This document shows positions 49,401 through 60,500 of a stretch of 64,000 nucleotides of DNA, piece after piece. The stretch lies in NCBI GenBank assembly GCA_002633005.1, contig NMRA01000042.1:1185019-1249018 (forward strand). Reading direction: 5' to 3'. Made by a program: the position numbers and the translations under genes. Every line of letters starts with the position of its first letter. Within the stretch, counting starts at the first letter, position 1. The notes beneath the pieces were generated by a model. The model made no database searches, was not told the origin of the DNA, and saw only the letters and a program-made list of their open reading frames with translations. The DNA comes from Phoronis australis. Taxonomy: Eukaryota > Animalia > Phoronida.

Positions 49401-52400
49401 AATTCATTATCAATTATTTAGCCTTTAAAACGAAAGAAACAGTATTACCAAGGTTCAACACTGAAGTTTGACTTTGAACGATCTGACTGGTTTCCACTGA
49501 ACTGAAATTCTTATGAAAGTGCTAAATTGTGGGGGTTTTCAGGCTGTGATGTTAATCATACAGATTTTTTGGGGGTTTTTTTGCCACTCCATGACATTAT
49601 GAGTGCCTTTGAACTCCATTTACTACATTGTATCTAGTAACTGCATCTTCACCATAAGTGTTGGGATTTCTATTTCCAAAAAACGAGAAAATGGACCAAG
49701 GGCATGTGATTTTAAGTTAACATTTATTCACGACATTGTAGAAAGTTCGACACAAAAGGTGACCTGTGATGGATCATTATGGAGGGGTTCTCTAGTCTTC
49801 CTTTCCACAATCTGTAGTAATGGTAAAGGGGAATTTACTGTGGCTAATCAGTACGCTACTGGAGTACACGTGACACAGCTGAGCTCTCAGTTATTTTTCT
49901 AATGGAAAATGGTGTTCGTGGGCACTTTGACGGTCAAAATGGGGAAAGTGTTTGTTCAAAAGGAAGCCGTCCACAACATTAGTAGTAATGGGTGCTCCAT
50001 GCCTAATGATGTTTTTCTCTGTCGCAACAGAGCTCTTCATTACTGAACTTCCTACCCTAGTTTTTCAAAAAGAAGTTGATGGAGTTGTGTTCAAGACACT
50101 TGATTTTGTCGAACCTGTGAAGAAAGTCTTGGAGCAAAGCTTAAGAAATTTAGGGCGAAAGGTTTTGTTCTGAAATTTCTTTGATTTTGCCATGAACAAT
50201 TCGTCAACTAGTTTTGAAAACTGCTGTTGTCGCATTGAATTGGTGAATATTCAGAGCAAATGAATGATCATGTGATCGTTCAATTACTAGGAAAATTGAA
50301 TATTATTTGATTGATCAATAAGTACTCAAAGTAGCAGGCCACATAAATTTTAGGTGATGTATGGGAACGAACTGGTCTTATCCGAGATCACTGGCTTTAT
50401 GTGCCATGCTTATCCAATCTGTCATTCATAAATGAATGGCCTGATTCTGGTATTTCAATTTGGTTCACGAGTTTCATTTGGGTCGTGTTTTGGTTCAATC
50501 TGAACGTTAACCTGATTAGTGTGGCGCAGTAGTATGTTGATGCATTGAACCACCGTCTAAAGTTTGTGGCACCCAGTGTAGGTACAGCCATGATGTGCAA
50601 TCTCACTGCGACTGGGAGTTGTCTTATAGCTGGGTGAAGATGTTAAGGGACTGTGCTGCATTGTGCTTGAATGTTTTGTAGGGGCATGAGGCGACCATAT
50701 GATTCATATAATGGAGGCCCCGGTGCCAAGAGGGGCCGAATGGACTACAGAAAAGGAGGTGAGCAAGTGACCATTGGCCAGTTCTTTATCTGACCGCAAG
50801 GGATTTGGATATCAAGTCTCATTGTGAAGAACCTGCAGTTTTGGTTTTGCCACAAGACCAGGTGGATAATTTGGAAGAGTTGTATTTCTTGTCATTTTCT
50901 CTCAGAGAATTTCAAATTCATGTTAATGTTAACTTACAAACTTTCCAGTCACGTTCAGTCATCTCAATGCAGTATTTCAAATTTGATTTAATTCGTTTCT
51001 CATCCCATTTCTACAAGTGAAACCACGCACACAAAACACCTGATTGATGTAGTTTCCAGTGATAGTAATATTGTCATTTCAGGTTACTACAACAGACGAC
51101 CGGACAGGTAAGACCTCTCATCTTTTTTAGCACCACTCCTTTACTTCAGTCGTATGCTTTGTAATTTGTTGCTTTGTGCAATGCAGTTTTGTTTTCAAGC
51201 AACATAATCCGCTAAATATTTCATCTTGTGCGCTCAGTTTTACTGTCAGAATAAAGTACATGGACCCCAACCCAAATTTCCATGCATTATCTGTGTTGAG
51301 TCATTGCTGCTCTCTAATCATTTAACAAACCGGTGACGCTGAATTATCCATACTGGTTGTAATTTGAAAGCTCAAACGATGGGCATGTCTACTTTTATGA
51401 GCGCCCTCTTTTGTTTTGAGACCAGAGAACAGGCATGAGGATAAGTGTTAATGCACACTGACGGAAACAATTAACTGTGTCTCGTCTCAATACATTGTCT
51501 TGGTTTATGCTTGCAATGAACCTAGTTGTGCACTCAGATGTCTATATACCAGTTTACAAGTAGCTGGGTGCCAATATTTCTCTACGAAGATGAAAGTAAT
51601 TGCAACATAAATATGGCTATGTGATTCTGTGTTAACTCGAGCAGCATAAATACAATTATGCACAGTGTTTTACTGTATATGAAAGCTTGTGTTTTGGTTT
51701 GTAAGATGAACTGAACATATGCAAAATTGATAACAAGTCACCAAGTTTACTTTGTTAAAGATGTGAGTGATAAAAAGTTTTGGGCGCTGGGTTTGGTAAA
51801 TAAAACAAGAATATGTGTGACAGGTGCCAAAATAAAGTGTCTCACCCCTACTGTTCAGAGTTTGCAGGAACAACCTTGTTCTAGTATTTGTGAAACTGCG
51901 AACAGTTAATTGTGTGAGTTTTACTTGATAATCAAAAGGTGATAGTCCTCCATTGTGAAACTGTTCTTTCTTTACTTCAGGTACGGAGGTATACCACAAG
52001 ACACCTTTCTGAATGGAGTAAGTACTGGTCAACATGTTGTCCCTTTGTTTCACACGTTCTCATTGTTAAATCCGGTGTTATATAACATCATGTTGTCGTG
52101 TTTTAACGATTCATTCAATGTACCTTTTCCTTGTCGATGTTCTGGCTTTTTATCTCTTCTTCATTCAGTTGAATCTCTATATACAACAAAACATGAGTTG
52201 GACATGCATTAGTTTGATAAACGCTCAGCTTGGATAACATTCTGCGGTGTGGTTGTTCGTGCAGTCGATGCACCGGAAGAGTTAGATTTTTCGTGACTCG
52301 GAGATTTGAAGTGTCTCCTTAGATCAGGCTGCAAATTTTCCTGTAATACCCTGAACATTTTGTATAATTTCTGTTTAATTTTGCTTGTAAATGTGAAATC

Positions 52401-54799
52401 TTGGTTTAAATTAAAAACCTTTTTTAAGTGCTGAATAACGAGCGACTTGGCATAAAAAAGATGTCATCTGTACATTTACAGTTCAAATGTTTCATTTTAC
52501 ATTCAAAACAGCCAGTGACTGATTATAGACGGTTTATAGATCCATACCAAAACAATACAACAGAGTTGATGCTGTAATAAAATGAAAGTGTGTCGGAAAT
52601 TGGGCTATCCGGGGCAGAGTTGAAGTTAAACAAAATCTCTGTACATGTTTTTTTGCATCACTTCAACTGTTGATTGTTGCCTGACCTTGATTTGGTTCTA
52701 TATTTGTCCACATTTGCGTAATTTTCACAACAACTCTCCATTTTGTTTCAGTCCTACGGTGACTACATGCGCCAGTTCCAGAACAGACCCCCTATGGGGC
52801 CACCCGGACCTCCCGGTTATGGACCCCCAGTAGGTGTAATATCTGTCGTCTGCGCAACAGGGTGATGACTGACAGTGATGATAGTACTGACGATGTTGTT
52901 ACTTGACTCGTCCAAGTGGTCTCGCAAAAACCAAATGCTATTAAACTGTAATATGTCCGTCTGCTTTGCCTGATTTATAGTGTTCACTGCTTATAACATT
53001 CCGTTGCGCATGACCCTAGTCACTTATATACAACTTCACATTGTTCATGGTGAGATGTGGTTACTACGTCAAACATTTTAGAAAAGTCTTGGGGAGTTTA
53101 TGGTAACGTAGTTTGACTATGTGTTTAAACTTGACAAGTCTGTAGTAGTATGAGTGCCCTCTGTTGTGTTGGTTTGATGTTGAATATCCATCTATAGTTT
53201 TATGATTAATTAACGCTTTCATCAGTACTAAGTTGTCGATGACATAAGTACTGTTTAGTAGATAGCTTGCAAATTAATAATCTTTCCCACAATTCATTTG
53301 AGTTTGGCGATGCAGGCCAGGCAAATTAGTTATACACTGCGTGATAATTGGTCATTGATTTTTGCGTTATTTTCAACTGATGATGGAACTTAATACAGAC
53401 TCTGCTTCTTGTAGTAGTCAGACCCATGATGACCTTTATTTATATTGTCTTTCAGCCCCCTGGCTATGGTTACCCAATGCCACCATACGGTGGTAACCCT
53501 TACGACCAGAGACCACGTGACTACCACATGCCACCGGCGACAGGTTATGGTATGGCAGAACATCAGGCGTCACGGGCCAGGATGGACAAACGAGATGAAT
53601 CACGGGTACGGGGCAATCTTTGAACTTTTTACATTTTGTAGAGATTAGCCATAATTCTCAGAAATCAATAATTGGGGCTAGGTGCCAGAGATGCTAAGGG
53701 CTGTTCCAGCAAAGTCTGTGTGGGAGGGGGGGAAGGCAACTGAAATAAAAATTTATGGGTGGTTGCGTTTGATTTAAATTCAAAATGGCTGGTGGTCGTA
53801 CTTCAAAAAAATAAAAATTTACAGGTCATTGTTGTTTCATTGGGCCATAAATGTTTGATGGTGGGTAATTTTAGTAAATTTTATAAACAATCCACACAGA
53901 ATCAAAAACTGAAACAAAAATGCAACTTGCAAAAAGCTCCGACTTTTTCACTCCCTCCGATCTCCTCATTGGCATGTCCATAACACCATTTAACCACAGG
54001 TGCTCGAATTTCTCGATGGCTAATAACCATATATAAGAAACATATGTTTTTTTAGTAATGAATGCCGTTAGTGGTGATGGAGGAACAGATAAACTCAAGC
54101 GCCTGTGCAGTCAACCACAAGAACAAAAAAAAATTACGGGTGGTTGCATTTCAAACTTATAAAAAATTACGGGTGGTAGGCTGAAGAAATAAATGAAAAA
54201 TATGGGTGGTGAGTGCGAAAAAAAGGTGCCTTCCCCCCCTCCCATACAGATTTTACTGGAACAGCCCTAAGCAGTTAAGCAAATGAAATAGAATCGTATG
54301 GAATACTTGTTTTGTGACAAGTGTTTTTGCAAGTCTGATGGACTTTAAAAAATTTAAGAGACCATAAACAGGTCTAAATGTCATGCGTGTGCATTTCATT
54401 TAAGACTGTCCTTGACATTCAACACAAGTTTCTCTTATTGTCTGTTTGAATGTGGAGCAACTAGGGATTTAATTGTGGTTCAAAAAATCTTTGATCTCGG
54501 AAGTTAGGATTTCAGAAGTTAAACCAATTGTAAATACCTTAATGCATCTACTGGCTGTTATGTTTCAGATTTGATCAACAATATTTGGTGTGCATTTTGA
54601 AAAATTATTTTCTTTCTTGCAGTATGAGAGAGACGTAGAAAACTTTCTGCGACGTACGACGCGCCGAAGCAGCCGTGAGCGTGATCGCCACAAAACCAGT
54701 AGCGCTAGTAGTGGCAGTGGTAATGGTCGACGAGACAGAGAGCGAATGGGACGAGAGAGTGGGCGCAGGGACCGCGACCGTGACCGAGAGCGACGATGA
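37490..54799 (+). CDS. YTHDC1: YTH domain-containing protein 1 (nuclear m6A reader, YT521-B), 16 coding exons, about 629 aa
   Basis: Exons: 37490-37517, 40074-40154, 41964-42097, 43892-44138, 44486-44605, 45348-45491, 45849-46088, 46649-46766, 47100-47184, 47860-48008, 50682-50758, 51083-51107, 51981-52017, 52752-52829, 53456-53605, 54623-54799. Total 1890 nt, in frame. YTH domain: [73 protein letters not shown]. Also DC1-specific [23 protein letters not shown] and an RD/RE-rich tail. Confidence 0.95.
37914..38237. mobile_element. Long palindromic (foldback) MITE in YTHDC1 intron 1
   Basis: Arms of about 150 bp: ctgcgcatagagggacacctt..atgtctttaattcctcccaact..acaaatattcctgttttcaaactttttctt versus gaagaaaaagtttgataacaggaatatttgt..agttggaaggaattaaagacat..aaggtgtccttctatgcgcag. 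Confidence 0.8.
39815..39917. repeat. Hairpin element with 33-bp arms
   Basis: aatgagtgacgaaaaactgacagagatgatcca versus tggatcacctctgtcagtttttagtcagtcatt. Confidence 0.7.
40577..41565. mobile_element. Non-autonomous Tc1/pogo-like element
   Basis: Ends tactcgtctgggttaccgccc and gggcggtaacacggacgagtacggTA (CCGTA/TA terminus typical of pogo/Tigger-type MITEs); subterminal repeat gcccatgctcgg..taccRcccaccc duplicated. Confidence 0.6.
48285..48304 (+). other. Candidate 20-nt poison microexon in YTHDC1 intron 10
   Basis: Strong acceptor ttttgttgttttcctaaatctcttttctAG and consensus donor G|GTAAGT. Its length is not a multiple of 3, and inclusion creates TGA at 50687-50689. Confidence 0.55.
53698..54267 (-). 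mobile_element. PIF/Harbinger (Tourist-like) MITE, copy 2 (inverted relative to copy 1), in the last YTHDC1 intron
   Basis: TIRs GGGCTGTTCCAG and CTGGAACAGCCC; TAA target duplication at 53695-53697 and 54268-54270 (empty site CTAAG). Closely similar to 4363-4930; this explains the twin ORFs 4649..4873 and 53759..53983. Confidence 0.9.
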
Positions 54800-55699
54800 G
54801 AGGGACGCATGGTTGGGTCCAGTTGTCGTATTTGTAGCAGATATCAAATGAAATTTGTCTGCCATCTTGTTAAAGTCGTCAACTTTTTGGTCAGTTATCC
54901 TCTTTTTGTTCATGCCGAACAGTTTCCATAAAAATTTGTAGAGGAGTTGTAACTGGCCTATTTTCTTCCAGTTGTCAATTTTCACCATAATATGGGAAGA
55001 ATTAGACGACTAGGCAGGGATCCATTTGTCATTAGAGATCATCTTTTAGTGGAGTATTAGCCATTTTTCTAGCAAGAATAGCCGTGGTGTAGAATGCTGG
55101 GATAGAAGTTCACATTACAAGCTGATGGAATTGTCGGGATTAGATGCTTGTCACGCAATCTTTTGTAATCTGCAGCACTGTTACTTGTCAACAGTTTGTG
55201 GAATTCACTTCAGGAATTATGGAAGTTGCATGGAATAATGGCAGTTGCAATGTGTAAAATATTGAAAGGAAAATACATGAATTGCAACATCTGTTTTATT
55301 ATGTTGTTGTCTTTGTGGTTGTCCCTTTATGGTAGCTGTGTATTCACAGTGATTGTTCAGTGTGTGAATAACACAAGCACTATGTAAGCGTGAACTTCTT
55401 GGTCTTGTGTAGAAGTTTTGACGGTCCTTGTTATATCCTCAAGAGTGCATTAAGTGACTATGAAGCGACATTTGTTGTGAACACAACCTATGGGGTAAGA
55501 GTGCAATTCCCAGTTATTGCCCCACCTGTGTAGTAAGTTCAAGCAGTTTTGTGTTTTTCTAAGACATCTCTTCCCTTTCCATGCTTTGTACAGAGTGTAA
55601 TTGATTATATATGCCTCTTCCCTAGGAATGGTTTTATTTTTTGCTAGTTTAGATCATTTATTAGAATTAAATTGTATTTTCTTACTGTACGTGATTAAG

Positions 55700-55705
55700 A
55701 ATAAA
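55700..55705 (+). promoter_or_regulatory. Probable polyadenylation signal of YTHDC1
   Basis: AATAAA about 900 nt after the stop codon, followed by GT-rich sequence. A facing minus-strand AATAAA (55839-55844) may be the distal TAF2 signal. Confidence 0.5.
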
Positions 55706-57509
55706 ATGTTGGAGTCAAACGTGCTGTACGTAATATGTTGTGAAGTTAGGAATCTCCCTCTGGCACCATGGATCATTTCAGGGATACCCGGGGTCTGTCC
55801 TGACAAGTGACTATATGACGGACACTTTTTTTCAGGTATTTATTGTCATTGATGAACAAGTACAAAAACAAACAAATAAGTACATCCATTCATTCACGCA
55901 TGCACACCTCAGTAGAGACCATTCTCGTATCTCTTGTAAAGTAAACAACTGCTACATGGAGTTAATGTGAACAAAATTTTCCCATTTTGCGGAGGAGCTG
56001 TCGTATACAAAATTATTGTATGCAATTTTTCAGAATTATAATATTAGCAGGTATATGTAACAAACTTGGGTATATTTTTGTGACATCTCTGTTAGTAAAC
56101 GTACTGTTTGTCTAGTAAAAGCAAAATGTTAAATGGAAAATCGTGTCTCGTAAAGTACAAGAATAACACATTCGTAAGAAACAGTTGGAAAGCTGAATGA
56201 GGTATTTTCTGAATTCTAAAAATCTTGTACAGGGTGACATTCCCCAAAAAAGGTGTGACAGCGTCTCTGAAGCTTTATTACAAAAGGAACTTTAATTAGA
56301 ATCCTGAACATGGATTTTGAGTAAAAAAGTTACAATAATCCTGCGTAATATTCTAAATTGGAACCATCTAACATTGGAATCCTTTGTAATTTCATACAGC
56401 AATGTGTATAATTATTTTCTTCCAATCTAAACTATCGCCTAACTCTATTTCCTATTTACACTCTGACTTGAGTTTCTTACAGCTGTTAAAGATAGGACAG
56501 AAACTTGATCTTGCGCCCAAATTTAAAAATTAGTAAAAAGAGGTTTGGTCAAGCAATTATGAGTACATCAGTCGAGAAATAATTTAAAGAAATATCAATA
56601 TCTAGCAGTGTATTCTCGGAGACTGCACTTTCACTCAGAAATAGTTTGTGGAAAGATCTATTTTTTTCATTTGTCAACTTTCATGAAACGCGCATCGGTA
56701 GTAGACAAAAAGTATACAACAGTTTTATTATTGTATTTCTGAGTGTTGGCCATATATTTGGAGAATGTTGGTTTTTGGCCATTCTAGAATCCTGATGTCT
56801 CTTCACACTTTCAAAAGCCGGGGGCATAAAGTGAAATGTAAAATGATATAAATGTCGTAACTATGAGGATTGAGGTGGCAATAGCACTCTGAAGGCCAAA
56901 CAAAAAGAATGGCTAAGCTTCAAGTTGCTCGATTTTGTCAATTTTCGAGCCATATGCTATATTAAAACTAGATTCTGGCATAGTCCTAAAGATTTGCTTT
57001 TAAAATATTCTTGTTGGTTTGAATATTTTCAAAATGATTGTCAGTGGAGAATCAGTGCCACAATGAGACTGGACAAAGAACATTTGTTTTCACATAAATT
57101 GCAGAAATGCTAATTTTTAGACCCTGGTAGAAAAGGAGAATTTACTTGCGAAAGAGTTCTGTAACAGGTAAATAGATAATTCAAAAATTAAGATGCCTGA
57201 ATTACATGAACCCATTGCAGATTTACTTTTTTTATTTTGTGAGACAACAGCTTTAGTCCATAATATATATGTAAAAAAACAAATTACTTATGCTGATTAA
57301 ATTCATCTTCAATACATAGTATATGTACAATTACATGCAACTATGAACCAGACAATTTGGTCAGTTAGCATTGTTCATAACACCACATAAACATCAATCG
57401 TATGTACAATAGGTAATATAGGTCAGCTATAAAGAACTTCCACTTCACTGTCCACATTATTTCATGTAAAACGTCAAGATTTTCAGGGATCAGCACCAGT
57501 TCTACGCAT

Positions 57510-60500
57510 TCATATAACTTCAAACTCTGGTGAGTCAGGTGGCCTCGAAGTCTGGGGCGACCGACCATCACTGCTGGCATCCGAACTCAGGTGGAAACTA
57601 GACGGAGACAGTGACTCCCTCTGTAGTTCAGATTCCAGTCTCTCCAGCACTGACTTGGGCATGTCTCGTTCTTTACTGCGCTTGTGTTTGTGTTTCTTGT
57701 GTTTGCTCTTTTTCTTCTTCTTCTTTGTCCTCAACAAAGACTTGGCATTGGTGCTAACATCGGGGTCGCTACGGTTAGCTGTTTCCATGGAGTCCAGACT
57801 GATGTGTTGTGGATAATTACTATAACTGTACGGAGGAGTCTGCTTATCAGCTGCAAAGATGATGGAGATATTACATCAGTACACAATCGTAGCAATTATA
57901 ATAATAATAACAGTAACGGCAATTTTAAAGCTCTGATCAAATGTTTTTTTACTTTTGTAGTAGCCTTACAAATCTGTCCAAGTCAAACCGAGCTTAGTGA
58001 AGGTTAATACTGTGTCACGTCATTTGACATTAATCTACAAGCTTGCGTTTCCTTGCTGCGTTACTAGCCAGAGCCATAAAAGATTATTCAAAGCAGGCTT
58101 GTCAAAAATCTTGAATAAGCTTGTTGGGTCATTGCCATTTTCAACCTTTTACAAGCAAAGTAAAAGCTGGATCTTGCTAATCATTATTGAGCAAGCTCCA
58201 ATAGAAGTGCTCGCCAGTAATATTCTGCAAGTGAGCTAAAACAAAGTCTTCTACGTTTTTAGCAAGATTATCCAAGCTTAGAGTGGAGCCTCAAATAAGG
58301 TACACAGAAAAAGCTTGAATAATATTGTCTAAGCTTGAATAATATTGTCTAAGCTTGAATAATATTGTCTAAGCTTGAATAATACTGTTTGAGCCTGAAA
58401 ATATCATTTTTAGCTTGAATAGTCTTGCAAGTACGGATCATTCAAGCTTGATGAATTGTGTTGTAACCCTCTTACTCAAACCTGAAGCCAGATTGTTGGG
58501 ACTAGTCGAAAGTTGTGAGCAACATTTAGCTCATACGTGGAAATATTAAAACGTACAAGAAAAAAATTGTGGTTGAAAAGTTCATTTCTTATCAAATAGT
58601 CTAATTCATACAGCTTTTGGTTAACGCTTACTCAGCCTAGTTTTTGAAAAGCAGACAGGTAGGTGTCAAGAATTTCACATGGGAAATAACTTAGGCCCAA
58701 AACAACAATGCATAACGCCAGGCTTCTGCAACACAAAAGCATCACAAAATGCATTGTGTAAATTTCAAATGTTCATATCTACTGTATCCATTCAGATTAC
58801 AACCCACAGCTTTTTAAATGAGAAACAAGTCAAAGTACATGTCATAATTAAGTCAAGGGTCAGGCCAAAAGTCTTTGCTCAGGCCAAAAGTCAAGGGACA
58901 AGACCAAAGTCAAGTGAAGGGCATTAAGCAAGTTACTGCACATTAGAAATTGAAAATGAAATTTTGCAAATTCTGGTGAAATTTGTGTACACCAGTTTTT
59001 GTACGGGTATGTTTACAGCACTGTAACAACCGCACATGAACATGAGCAGGTCTTATAGACAGCGTGTGTCTAATTATATTCAATGGAAACCGATACCGTT
59101 GAGAAACATGAACCTTACCATGTTCATCAAATGTGCCCACTGCTTCGCCTAAGTTCACAGGCTGCGTAGTCTGCTGAAAATAGACAAAACACTATACAAT
59201 ACCTTGACACAAATACTTTTAGCTAGTGTATGCTAAGAACCATTCACCATTTTACAAGTACCAAAAACCTCATCAATTTCAGACAAAAATAATTGCCAAA
59301 ATTATCATTTTTCCTTTTTCAAGCCATTAATTTGGTGCAATGTATCTTTTATGAAAAATAGAGATAATAAAATTTCAATTGTGCACCATATTGTGTCCTA
59401 AATTGATACGATTTTACCGTGTGATGGGAATGTTACCATCAAAATGTCCCCAGTACAGATCATCAAAAAGTCCTGCAACGAGGACAAGATAGATAAGTCC
59501 ACAGGTGCAGGTGCCCCAGCACAAGTTGCCCCCTCAACAATATGATCAACAGCAAGAGATCGTGTGGACAGAGAAGTTGAACTCATTTCGTCGAGGTATA
59601 ACAAGTTGACCTTGATTACCTTGTCACCGCTCAAAGGCTCGTGTGGATGGAAGTAGTGTCGCAACAACTGGACTTCTGTGGTTATCTACTTTGTGGCCGA
59701 TCCTCATACTTAAATAAATTGTGGTGACTGATCTTAGGATAAATCTTGCCCGATTTAGTGGCCAGTGTTCTCATTTTCAACATTCAAAGACACATATTAT
59801 ACTAGGATTTTTTGTCTCATAAAATGGTCTTGCAACATTACTGAGTTGACCACGAGTTTGCAATGACCGACTTCTGAAATATCTCTATCTACCTGATCAG
59901 AAGTGTTGAGAATATCCACTACACTGGAGTCAGACTGATGGCCAGACAGAGTGCGAGGCTTGACAGGTCTCTCTGGGGATGTCTCCTGTGAGAGAAAATA
60001 ATGCAATGCAATACAATTACAAAGAATTGAAAATAAATTAATGTCACCTGGCAACTTTTTCAACTACTAATACACAGCAACAGCAGGTATGCAGCTTTGC
60101 TTCTTTCAGCACGCACACACCAAATAGTTGACTGGGTGCCACAGACTGGTTTGCTTGTTTACATAGTACACATTGAAAGTACTACAGGTTGAATGGGTGA
60201 TTTGGTGGTTGCATGTCTGAGAGCCTTTGGCAGGTACTAAATTGGATTAAAAACTGCCATGTAACAAATGCTTTGCTTCTACTTATTGTCTTAGAATGCA
60301 CAGGCAACTGTGGGAAGGAATTATAACATCTCAGATTCATCTCCATTTAGGTAAAATTAGGAGTGTTTAAGCAGCAAGTTTGTATTGCGTGACGTGAATA
60401 TGATGCCAGTATCATTGACTTTCACCGTTTATTTTCCTTACTGCCAGGACCTTGAGACAAGTATTGTACACAGCTGAGGCTAGACCTGACTGCCCCCTAT

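Noticed and set aside
52860-52895. C/D-box snoRNA-like GTGATGA..CTGA motifs in a YTHDC1 intron
   Set aside because: Boxes are too close together with no terminal stem; looks like degenerate (GAT/GAC)n sequence.
54565-54810. Minus-strand RS-rich ORF resembling an SR protein
   Set aside because: It is the antisense shadow of the RD/RE-rich last exon of YTHDC1; likewise 44271..44654 and 45325..45540 shadow acidic exons.
59398-59700. Extra TAF2 exon (ORF 59398..59667; donor-like AAG|GTAATC near 59620)
   Set aside because: Flanking exons join in phase without it, and candidate acceptors give in-frame stops. Support is too weak, although a poison exon cannot be excluded.
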